41,670 bases of DNA from Macrostomum lignano (Eukaryota): contig NIVC01004574.1 of NCBI GenBank assembly GCA_002269645.1, forward strand, positions 1-41,670, read 5' to 3'. Numbering within the stretch: the stretch's first letter is position 1; each line of letters starts with the position of its first letter. The translations under genes were made by a program, and so were the position numbers. Below the pieces are notes generated by a model. That model was not told the origin of the DNA. It did no database searches and saw only the letters and a program-made list of their open reading frames with translations. This document shows positions 24,749-35,720 of this stretch, in pieces.

Positions 24749-25236
24749 GCCCGCTACTACTGGGACGTCAAGTGGAAGCTGCTGTCTGAGCAGTTGAAGC
24801 TGGACAAAGCGTCTCGTCATTTTCGCACCGCTTCGATCTCGGACGCTGCTCAACACTCCGGCTCCGGGTCGTCCCGTCGGTCTCGAACTCGGTCGGCTCG
24901 CTACTCGCACTGCGGCGGAGGCGGCGGTGATGCCAGCTCGTCCGATTCGTCCTCGACGACTTCTAGTCGACAGAGTCCAGTCGTGGTGGAGGCGGCAGTC
25001 GAGGAGGTGGGCGGCAGCAGAGACGCCTGTACTCTCGACGCCAGTGCGTGTCCATGTGCGAGAGCGTCGGCGGAGACGAGGTGGATAATAATCAACAATC
25101 CAACAATAGTCGGAGTAGAAGTCCCAGCCCGAGGCGGCGTCAGCAAGGTCAACAAGGTCGCGAGTTCGAATCTTCGTCCGGCGGTGGCAGCGAATTGGAA
25201 CAGCGAATAAGAGCTTTTTTATTGACTAAATTGCAG
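24749..25236 (+). CDS. POLR3E: POLR3E exon 7 (contains a frameshift or a 47-nt intron at 24927-24973)
   Basis: AAG|GCC acceptor, phase 0, gives ARYYW.... The frame changes before ...ELEQRIRAFLLTKLQ and the CAG|GTCAGT donor. Confidence 0.7.
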
Positions 25237-25267
25237 GTCAGTTTGGGGACCGGGTTCTGCGAATTTT

Positions 25268-25630
25268 GACTGGTGGGAGGGTGAGACTGCTGGGTGGAGG
25301 GTGAAAGTGTTGGGTTGGAGGGTGAGACTGCTGGGTGGAGGGTGAAAGTGTTGGGTTGGAGGGTGAGACTGCTGGGTGGAGGGTGAAAGTGTTGGGTTGG
25401 AGGGTGAGACTGCTGGGTGGAGGGTGAAAGTGTTGGGTTGGAGGGTGAGACTGCTGGGTGAAGGGTGAGACTGCTGGGTTGGAGTGTGAGACTGCTGGGT
25501 GGAGGGTGAAAGTGTTGGGTTGGAGGGTGAGACTGCTGGGTGAAGGGTGAGACTGCTGGGTTGGAGGGTGAGACTGCTGGGTGAAGGGTGAGACTGCTGG
25601 GTTGGAGGGTGAGACTGCTGGGTGAAGGGT
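25268..25630. repeat. Intronic minisatellite, 20/21 bp alternating units (GGGTGAGACTGCTGGGTGGA / GGGTGAAAGTGTTGGGTTGGA)
   Basis: Tandem copies in the last POLR3E intron. Confidence 0.92.
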
Positions 25631-25888
25631 GAGACACCATTGGAGATGCAGGGTGTGAGACACCATTGGAGATGCAGGGTGTGAGAAACCATTGGAGATG
25701 CAGGGTGTGAGAAACCATTGGAGATGCAGGGTGTGAGACACCATTGGAGATGCAGGGTGTGAGACACCATTGGAGATGCAGGGTGTGAGACACCATTGGA
25801 GATGCAGGGTGTGAGAAACCATTGGAGATGCAAGGTGTGAGAAACCATTGGAGATGCAGGGTGTGAGAAACCATTGGAGATGCAGGGT
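25631..25888. repeat. Intronic minisatellite, 26 bp unit (GAGACACCATTGGAGATGCAGGGTGT)
   Basis: About 10 tandem copies abutting the previous array. Confidence 0.92.
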
Positions 25889-25942
25889 GGGAATCACCAT
25901 AATACAAGTCACTCCACCCCTCCCTCCCTGAATCGAACCCAG

Positions 25943-26389
25943 GACCGCATGGTGGCAGGTCTCGAAGAGCTAGTCCGTTTCTATCGCGCCGAGACTGCCT
26001 CGCCAGACGGTGGCAGCGGAGACGCTGCCGCAGCAGCAGCCGCCTCCCTTCCAGCATCCGATGAAGCGTGCCGCAGACTGTTCGACTCGGCTGCTGAATC
26101 AGCCGGTTTGGTGATCTTTCAGGGCGGCAGTGGCTGCCGTCTGTACGCCTACAGTCCCCAGAGCAGCGGCTCATCCCAATTGGACTCCCAGCCTCCTCAC
26201 GCGCGTCATCGTCAAGAATTATTAGCCGCATTGAAGGCCGGCAATGCTCAGGTGACGCTGGCCCAACTCAGAGCGCGGTTCGACGCCGCCCAGCTGGAAC
26301 CGCTGCCCGAATCAACTTTGAAATCGCTAGTTAAAGACTATTGCGTGTTTCGCGGTAAAGCCTATTATGCTAAGGGATATCAGCACTAG
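25943..26389 (+). CDS. POLR3E: POLR3E last exon (C-terminal winged-helix)
   Basis: cccAG acceptor, phase 0. Ends DYCVFRGKAYYAKG, cf. human RPC5 end CVSYGGMWYLKG. Confidence 0.85.
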   Translation, partial: DRMVAGLEELVRFYRAETASPDGGSGDAAAAAAASLPASDEACRRLFDSAAESAGLVIFQGGSGCRLYAYSPQSSGSSQLDSQPPHARHRQELLAALKAGNAQVTLAQLRARFDAAQLEPLPESTLKSLVKDYCVFRGKAYYAKGYQH

Positions 26390-26444
26390 ATTGATGTATA
26401 GCTTTTTTGCTGGATTTATCGCCTGTCAATCTGAATTAACTATT

Positions 26445-26712
26445 AGCGGAGGAGAAGGGGTGGGTGTTAGCGGAGGAGAAGGGGTGGGTGTTAGCGGAGG
26501 AGAAGGGGTGGGTGTTAGCGGAGGAGAAGGGGTGGGTGTTAGCGGAGGAGAAGGGGTGGGTGTTAGCGGAGGAGAAGGGGTGAGTGTTACAGGAGGAGGT
26601 GGGGTGGGTGTTAGCGGAGGAGAAGGGGTGGGTGTTAGCGGAGGAGGAGGGGTGAGTGTTACAGGAGGAGGAGGGGTGGCTGTTATAGGAGGAGGATGGG
26701 TGGGGGTTCGCG
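26445..26712. repeat. G-rich minisatellite, 24 bp unit (GTTAGCGGAGGAGAAGGGGTGGGT)
   Basis: Tandem copies just 3' of the POLR3E stop. Confidence 0.92.
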
Positions 26713-27114
26713 GAGAACTTTGATCAGGTGTGTGATTTTGAGTACTGCTCATGTACTTTATGTTTCATCTGCTACTATGACCGATCTGGCATTTAGATAA
26801 CTAAAAGTAAAAAATCTAGGATACTAAAAAAATCGATCATTTTAAGGTATTTGTACGTCTTTGACAAGTGACAATAAATTTGTTCTGTCGGTGTTTGAGA
26901 CATAAACAGGCAATGCTCTTACAGGCGTATCAGGTCAGTTGATTCAATACATAGTTGTGCTTTTTGATAAACAGATAAGCTTGCTTTATTAAGAGTGTCA
27001 ATTCTTTCTTTATCCATTTTGAACAATTGTGAGAATGGGTACTAGTGGGTGCAGCTGTCAGAACACAGATGTATCAGAGTGAGTTATTTTTTATTGACAC
27101 GGGTGTACAAGGGT

Positions 27115-27800
27115 AATGGTAGATTGACCCGGATGTGGAGTGGGTATACTGGTAGATTGACCCGGTTATAGAGTGGGTATACTGGTACCAGGTAGATTGA
27201 CCCGGATGTAGAGTGGGTATACTGATAGATTGACCCGGATATAGAGTGGGTATACTGGTAGATTGACCCGGATATAGAGTGGGTATACTGGTAGATTGAC
27301 CCGGTTATAGAGTGGGTATACTGGTACCAGGTAGATTGACCCGGATGTAGAGTGGGTATACTGATAGATTGACCCGGATATAGAGTGGGTATACTGGTAG
27401 ATTGACCCGGTTATAGAGTGGGTATACTGGTAGATTGACCCGGTTATAGAGTGGGTATACTGATAGATTGACCCGGTTATAGAGTGGGTATACTGGTAGA
27501 TTGACCTGGATATAGAGTGGGTATACTGGTAGATTGACCCGGATGTAGAGTGGGTATACTAGTAGATTGACCCGGATGTAGAGTGGGTATACTGGTAGAT
27601 TGACCCGGATATAGAGTGGGTATACTGGTAGATTGACCCGGATGTAGAGTGGGTATACTGGTAGATTGACCCGGATATAGAGTGGGTATACTGGTAGATT
27701 GACCCGGATATAGAGTGGGTATACTGGTAGATTGACCCGGTTATAGAGTGGGTATACTGGTAGATTGACCCGGATGTAGAGTGGGTATACTAATAGACTG
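27115..27800. repeat. Minisatellite, 33 bp unit (TAGATTGACCCGGATATAGAGTGGGTATACTGG), ~20 copies
   Basis: Tandem copies between the convergent POLR3E and GPCR 3' ends. Confidence 0.95.
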
Positions 27801-27897
27801 ACTGGTAGATTTCAGTAGTGAACTGGTATGGGTTTTTTTCTATAGTGCAAAAAATTAAGTTTAACAATTGCTTTGAGTTTCTTTATTTCAAATTAAG

Positions 27898-28581
27898 TCA
27901 AATTGATCGTGTGCACTTCACTCGGACAACTCGTAATCGCGGAGCCGAACCTCTAGCCAGATGAATAACTCTATTGTAAGACTGCGGGTGCGTCTTCACT
28001 GCTGAACCATCTGAGGCCAGGCGGTGTGGCTTCTGTGGTTGAGATCCATGTGCAGCAGCTGCTGCAGTACCTCCTCCGCTGCTCTGATGGTTCAGCTGGT
28101 GATGCTGCTGCAGTAAATGCTGAAGCTGCTGATGCTGCAGTTGCTGCTGGCCAGACTGACACCTCAGAAAGCGCACAATGGCCAGTCGGTATCCTTTGTT
28201 CATAAAACAGTAGAACAGAGGATTCAGAAACGCGTTCATGTAGCTGAGTATCCAGAACAGGACGTAGAGCCAATCTGTGCTGGTCAGGTTGGTTGTCCCT
28301 GTGACGATCATGTTCTCAACCACTTGCCAGGGCATATTGGTGAGCAGGAAGGAGATCAGTACGCAGGTGACAATGCGGAACGATTTCACCAGTCGGTTGG
28401 CCAGGGTTGAACTTCGACGTACATGTACGCCGGCATGCTGACGGGAGAGTCGGCTGTTGACTCCGCTGCCACCAGCTGTACATGTAGCTATTAGCGACTG
28501 CGAAGCGGTGTCCACGCAGCTCTCCTGCAGCGAGGAGGCTGCAGCAGCCAAGCGGTGATTGGGGCTTCTTGACTGACGAGC
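27898..28581 (-). CDS. Class A GPCR exon 2 (ICL3, TM6, TM7, C-tail)
   Basis: cactaaa...ttgcAG acceptor, phase 0; FLLTNMPW (TM6); SYMNAFLNPLFY (NPxxY); helix 8; Gln-rich tail. Confidence 0.88.
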   Translation of the reverse strand, partial: ARQSRSPNHRLAAAASSLQESCVDTASQSLIATCTAGGSGVNSRLSRQHAGVHVRRSSTLANRLVKSFRIVTCVLISFLLTNMPWQVVENMIVTGTTNLTSTDWLYVLFWILSYMNAFLNPLFYCFMNKGYRLAIVRFLRCQSGQQQLQHQQLQHLLQQHHQLNHQSSGGGTAAAAAHGSQPQKPHRLASDGSAVKTHPQSYNRVIHLARGSAPRLRVVRVKCTRSI

Positions 28582-28647
28582 CTGCAATCAGGTTTTAGTG
28601 GGTGAACGACTTGAATTGAAATACTTTTAAGACGCTTCGCTTCCTAT

Positions 28648-29224
28648 AACGCAGGCACACGAAATTCAAGAACACGAACCAACTTTTTGTTGCGCACCTT
28701 CTCAAACAAGAATCAAGTCGCCAGCCCTCCTTGCGTAGATAGACCTCATGATCACCTTGCGCCACCTTTTGAAGGTGCGGACGGCGTCGGAGTGATGACG
28801 GAATGCTTGAGAGACTAGCTGAGGATGTCCAGCAGTTGAGGCTTGTCCACTGTCGAGACTTGATCGACGAAACTAGAGAAATCCGCATCAGGGTGTCCAT
28901 AGTCACCTGGTGCCACCTGCTGAAGGTCCAGAAGCTCCGCCTGGGTGAAGGCCAGTGACCAACAAAGTCAGAGCTGATGCAGACGCAGACACATGTGATC
29001 GGCGTGCTGTTGAAATTTGGAGGCTTGGCAAGGCTGCACTGAGGCGCAGTGCTAATTGGCGCACAGGGGTGTACTGAAGACACAGGCGCTTATGGGAAAA
29101 ATCCGACCTTCTGGCAGAATCGTCGAATATCTCGACGGTCCGGTGGGCTGGCGACTTGATTCTTGTTTGAGAAGGTGCGCAACAAAAAGTTGGTTCGTGT
29201 TCTTGAATTTCGTGTGCCTGCGTT
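28648..29224. mobile_element. Fold-back element fragment: perfect 80-bp inverted repeats (28648-28727 / 29145-29224) around a 417-bp core
   Basis: Arms are exact reverse complements. The right arm plus core is homologous to 1579-1824. No TSD found. Confidence 0.75.
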
Positions 29225-29509
29225 GCTCCCTTCCGGCGCAGCAAAAAATTGTCAGGGGGGAATTTTCCCTCCCTCTCGGTAGTTCTACCGTTAAGATTCT
29301 TTTTAATGTGTCATTTAACTATTAAGAATAGTTACTGAACTGAGAGGTTTGACCCGGTATAACAAAGACGCAAACTATAAAATGTGATGCATAATGTGAA
29401 ATTCGATATTTGCTACCAGCTCGCACCAGTTATAAATAGGATAGCCCCGTTTTGTTTTTGTATTATAAAATACATGTAAACTGTTTCGAGAACGTGCGAG
29501 TTTAGAGAA

Positions 29510-29900
29510 GCGCCCCCTGTCTATTGGTGGGCGCCCGTCTCTTAGTGAGCGCCCCTGTCTCTTCGTTGGGCGCCCCTGTCTCTTAGTGGGCGCCCGTCTC
29601 TTATGAGCGCCCCCTGTCTCTTCATTGGGCGCCCCTGTCTCTTAGTGGGCGCCCGTCTCTTATGAGCGCCCCCTGTCTCTTCGTTGGGCGCCCCTGTCTC
29701 TTAGTGGGCGCCCGTCTCTTATGAGCGCCCCCTGTCTCTTCGTTGGGCGCCCCTGTCTCTTAGTGGGCGCCCGTCTCTTATGAGCGCCCCCTGTCTCTTC
29801 GTTGGGCGCCCCTGTCTCTTAGTGGGCGCCCGTCTCTTATGAGCGCCCCCTGTCTCTTCGTTGGGCGCCCCTGTCTCTTGGTGGGCGCCCGTCTCTTGGT
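29510..29900. repeat. Minisatellite, 59 bp unit built from three ~20 bp GCGCCC-TGTCTCTT monomers
   Basis: TAGTGGGCGCCCGTC recurs at 29584, 29643, 29702, 29761, 29820. Confidence 0.93.
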
Positions 29901-30487
29901 TACCAGACTGCTATTCTTTCTGTAATGCAAAAATTATGATACAATTCTATTATCAATTAATCTAGAATAAGAATCAATAAATATTTAATTTTTAATATAT
30001 TTGTCGTGATAGACCTGTAGATTAAACTCTATGATAAAGAAAAGCTAGAACAGTTGTTAAATCTATTTTTTAATCCTCGAATATCTTCGAATATTTTCTT
30101 ATCTTTTGGGAGATGAAATCCGAATATTACCGAACAGATATTCGACAAGACAGCTCGTGCTTCTATGAGTATTTTATTTCTTAGCTTTTATTAACTCTTG
30201 GCCTTTGTTTCAAAGTTCACTAGACAATCCCGTTCATGATTATCAAACTTAGATTAATCCTTCGGTCTCTTAAAAACAAATAATTAATTAAAATCCTCAT
30301 CCAATTATTTGGCGGCTCATTGAGACGGCACGAACGACAAGAACACCCTATTGAGATTAAACAAAAGGCTTTGGAATGATATCACAGATTGTGAGTTATG
30401 GAATTACTTCTAGTTGCTGCCAAGATTATGAAACCCTTCCACTAAGCTACAACCCTTTCCATTGAGGAGAATGTTTTGTGCGCGTGA

Positions 30488-30697
30488 GGGGTTGCTTTCA
30501 CAAACGCGAAAATTCACAACCACTAAATCACCTTCTTTCATAACCGCGAAACTTCACAACCGCTAAAAAGACTACCGTATATGAAAGTAAGTGCAAAAGT
30601 TTTAGCGGTTGTGAAGTTTCGCGTCTATGAAATTTAGCGCTTATGAAAGTAGGTGCTTTTAGCGGTTGTGAAATTTCGCGTTTGTGAAAGCCACCCC
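30488..30697. mobile_element. MITE, 210 bp, long imperfect TIRs (GGGGTTGCTTTCAC...GTGAAAGCCACCCC), 8-bp TSD with one mismatch
   Basis: TIRs pair over ~80 bp with internal CGCGAAA.TTCACAACC.CTAAA subrepeats. Flanks are GCGCGTGA and GCGTGTGA. Confidence 0.75.
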
Positions 30698-31033
30698 GCG
30701 TGTGAGGGTTAGGAGCCTGCCGCGGAAGTGACAGCGGGATATCAACTTGGTTGACAGGCTAGAGGACAAATTCTGTTTCTCAAACTTCGCAGATATTATC
30801 TCTGTGCCATTTTTAGCAGATCTTCTCAATCTGCTCGGTTCTTGCAGAATCTTCTACGAAGGGAGGTAAATTTGTTTTGTCATTCATTTGGCTTAAGTTT
30901 TAGCTTTATTATTTTTTATTTTCTGGTAAAATAGGACAATAAATATAATAAAAATGTGATTTGAAGCTATAAGAACATATAAAAGTTAAGATCACAGAAT
31001 ACTGTGGTATTCTGTGGTTAAGATCTTGTACGA

Positions 31034-32186
31034 TGTAGCAAGTCGCCCAGATCTGGTAAGTTTACTGAAATACAATGGTTTTCTCGGGGTGGCCTGGTAG
31101 GTCTTTGAATCCCACCGCTGCCACCAGTGAAATAGATAGCGTTTTTCTCGGGGTGGCCTGGTAGGTCTTTGAATCCCACCGCTGCCACCAGTGAAGTACA
31201 ATGGGTTTTCTTCCCGGTTTAGGCCCTTGCGGATTACCTTAATCTTGAGCCTCTTCAGTGGGAAGTTCTCTCAACTCTCTCAGTAGCGTAGGTAGTGCTG
31301 CCACCAGTTCCTTCAGGTCTCGGCCTTCGATGAGGTGAGCTTCCCGTCGGAACGAAATAAACAAGTCAACGAACTCAGCACAGTGTGCAGATTTGCAGAT
31401 TAATGAACAAGGCGTCCTGATCAGCAGATCCCCGCCGGGCTCAGGGGTGGCTAGGAAGGCAGTGTTAGCCTCCCTTAGGCTTGGGCTTTAGTGGGGTCTC
31501 AGTCAGACCAGTACAAACGGATTCAGTACGCAAAGGGCACTTAGTTAGACACTGACGCACACGGGTTCTTAGTGAATTCTCCGCAGATAAGAAGCCAAAA
31601 TCCTTGACGGAAACAAGGGGAGAGGGGTCCTATTTATAGCCGGGAAACACCCACGCACAAGACCTCGTGACTTGTTCTATTTTTAGAACTGACGTCACTT
31701 GAGATCTCGAGGCAGGGTCTCAGTGCGCGCAAGACCTCGTGACTCGTTCTATTTTTAGAACTGACGTCACTTGAGGTCTCCGGCCAGAGTACACGCGGCT
31801 GTGACTCAGTTGCTATTTTTAGCAACATGAGTCACTCCTCTCCTTAGAGAAGGGAGGGGTCCAAAAGCACGTGATTCTCCCGGTAAACAGGGCCAACGAG
31901 TGCAGTAAACATGTTTACTGCACTTTAGGACTCGAAGAACGCAGAGTCTGTCATGTGACTTGCTCACATGACAGAGGAAAACGGGACGGGAACGAAACAG
32001 AGACAGCCCACAGCAGAGAAGCTAAGGGCTGAGAACAGAGACGCCGAAGGGCAGAACAGGCCAAGGGCAGCAACAGACGGGCCAAGGGGGCGGGAAGCTG
32101 ACCAGCGGCAGACAGCAACCCAGGGCGAGGGCGAGGGAGACTGCTGACAAAGTGGGACGCCTAACACCAACTAGCGGATCACTACA
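31034..32186 (-). mobile_element. Possible solo LTR (1153 bp)
   Basis: TGTAG...CTACA ends; TATAAATA on minus strand (31638-31631) downstream of tandem 72-bp enhancer-like repeats; 64-bp-spaced duplication at 31079/31143. No TSD, PBS, PPT or minus-strand AATAAA found. Confidence 0.35.
31630..31975. promoter_or_regulatory. Dense cis-regulatory motif cluster (MEF2 x4, CRE x2, AP-1 x2, FOX x3, E-box/M-box x3)
   Basis: Exact consensus matches; see the finding for positions. Confidence 0.6.
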
Positions 32187-32335
32187 TTACCCTAAGTATT
32201 ATCATAGCGAAGATCTTGCACGTTCTTGAAAGTACTTGCGCAGCAACCCAAGAAGATAGATAAGATCTGTTAAGAATCAACAAGTCAATGCCTTCTAGGG
32301 GATCCTTGGACTGAACAGCCGTACGCAGCCTTCAG

Positions 32336-33048
<713 letters not shown>

Positions 33049-33056
33049 AGACTCAC

Positions 33057-33779
33057 CGCGTTGGTCGAAGTGGCACCAAAAGCGCGAGAGGACTTGAGAA
33101 TGCGGAATACCACAGCGCCGTAAAAGAAGACCAGCAGCACGATGGGGATGTACAAGGCCACCGTCCGGTGTGCGATGCCCGCCGCGGTGTCCTGGTAAAT
33201 CGGATGGCCGCAGGCACCGAAGGCCTCCCTGGCCCGGAAGCCGGACAGCACGGCCCACATGGGGAAGGTGGCGATGCACCTGGCGGAGGTGACGAGCCAC
33301 ACCGCGGCGCACAGACGGAGCTGATTGGCGCGGTGCATCCAGCGCTTGTGCAGGAACACAAAGTTAGTAGCTAAAAATCTGTCGAAAGCAACAGTGGTCA
33401 CGCTCAGCATGCCAACGTTAGTGCTGATGTAGTCCACCGTGATCCACAGGTCGCAGGACCATTTCGGCAGCGGCCAGCCGCCGCACAGGGTTCTCACCAG
33501 GTAGCCCGGCAGAGCCAGCATGCCGACAAGAATGTCGCTGCTCACCATCAGGCCGACGATGAACACGTGACCGGGGACGCGGTGGACGCTGCGGTCGCGA
33601 AGGAAGACGGCAAAGATGGCCGCGTTGACGAAGGTCACGTAGCCGGCAAGCAGAGAGCCGAGGGAGGCGAGCAGCAGGCGATGGGAGAGTTTGTAGGGGC
33701 TGCTGACGGAGCAGGAGACGAATGAGGAGCGGTGATCGGTGGCGTTTGGAGTTGCTGAGGGCAGACTGTGGAGAGACAT
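33057..33779 (-). CDS. Class A (aminergic/muscarinic-like) GPCR exon 1 (TM1-TM5)
   Basis: SDILVG (TM2), GGWP, CDLWITVDY with Asp3.32, DRF, W4.50, IP...FFY (TM5). GCG|GTGAGT donor, phase 0, joins exon 2; about 468 aa in total. Confidence 0.9.
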
Positions 33780-35720
33780 CCTTGAGCGGTGGAGGTTGAG
33801 CTGAGAAAAGTAAAACCTTTCGCACGAGGGCGTTAGAGTATTTTCGCTCTTTTTTCGTCTGATCGGGGCTTCGTATATTTGATCCGTTTTGCCTTGGTCG
33901 GCTGATGAGGATTAAGGGCTGCTGACAGCTGATTGGCTCCTCGAGTTGGTATTGGAACTCTTTCTTCCCTGATCTTCCCTTTCAAGCTCAATCAAATGAA
34001 TATTCTTGCACATGTATTCTCTCCGTTTGTCTATCTTTGCTATCTGCTTTGGTCCTTATTCTCAACATGTACATCGTTCAAGTAAAGAATTTCATTGGTT
34101 GCATATATGGACTTCGATTGCGTATAGGCGGACAAAGACCATTAAACGTCTAAACAAAGTTACGAGTACATGTACACAGTACATCCACCAGCTCCTCATA
34201 CAAATGTCCAGTTTAGTGTTTGATTGATTGTTTACACATGCAGGTAAAGCCTGTGACTCGTTGGTGCGAAAGAAAAAAAAACATATTTTGCAAAGCTGTT
34301 TCCTGATTCTGACCGTGTGAAAGATATTGCTATACCTGTACTGTATCTTGAAAAATTGACGTGCAAATCTATAGGAATTTAACTTTTTGTTTTACTTATA
34401 CACTGCTTCATTAGAGCGCACGCATTTAACATGATACCTCATTCGGGTTAAGTTGTTCGAATCTTTACCCGAAGTCGGACGAGTATACTATTTAAGATAG
34501 CACTCAGTATGGCTGCTGCGGATTAGTAACTAATACAATATACTAGTAGTTTACATGCAAATTATTAATTTTTATTATTATTATTTTATATGATTATTTT
34601 ATGATTATTTTATATTTATTATTATTAATCTGTTTTGAGTTTCAAACCAAGACATTGTTTGTATGCAATAATTAATGTTAACCTTTGACTGCGTTGTGAA
34701 TCGATTTGTAATACAATTTTGAACAAAAAAGCTAACTTAGTCAAAATACAACGCATAAGCTGCATGGCGATTTTAATTGACTCATCGTTACAATATTAAT
34801 TAATACAAACAGTCTGTAAGCTGTAGTTTGTCGATTAAATAAGTCACTATTAATTTTAGATTTACCTGTCTGTATGCATAAATGAAGTCAATATATATAT
34901 TTAATTGTCAGGTTTTCGAATATTTAATTTTCTATATCTTATAACCTAAAAAATGCACAGGCAGATATTCGTTAGACTGAAATATTAAATAATGTTTCTT
35001 ATTTTATTTACGAGTACTCTTTTATTACTTGCAGTCATTGTAGCTAGATATAAAAATTTTTACTGATAATTATACTATTATTAATATAATAGATTATACG
35101 TTAATATTATGAAAATAATAATATAATTGTTAAAATTATAATATTATCAGTATATTATCAATATCGATTTTCAGACACACTGTAGTAACTTAGTCTAAAT
35201 GTTCCAACATTTTTATTGTTTAACTTTTTTGTTTTGAATAATTTATACAATTTGGTTTGTGTATTATAAACTGTCTGTAATATATTTCAAGCTGGTAACT
35301 TAGCTAAAGCCTCGCTAATCTTCATGACTACTGCTGCAACTATCTCGAAAGTTTCATCTATAAGTTTTAACTCAAATTCTCAACTTGAATTCTCATTCCT
35401 GTTATTCATTATAACAGGCAAGCAAGAACAAGCATTTTCCAATAAATGCCGGCCAGATGTGTCACAAAAAGTGTAAGTGCACACCATAGAAATTTAAATG
35501 AATTATGGAGGATAAGTGAAAAGAGGGGTAGAATTAATCATTTTTAGTTGCAACAAACTTTGAATCAAAATGGTTCCATTATTGAAATACGTCAGCATTT
35601 GTCCTAAATGAGTTCCTGAGCCCCTCCATCGGACTAAAAGTGCAGCTTCTGCAGTTCCCTGAGCACACGCTCCACAATGCCTCAGCTTCTCCAAACTCTC
35701 CTCTTCAGCTCAGATGAGCC

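Noticed and set aside
31325-31365. Hammerhead ribozyme-like CGATGAG...CGAAA
   Set aside because: The core lacks CUGAnGA, and I could not build stems I-III.
34441-34472. Small hairpin TTCGGGTTAAG...CTTTACCCGAA as an ncRNA
   Set aside because: It is an 11-bp stem with a mismatch and resembles no snRNA, SL or miRNA sequence I recognise.
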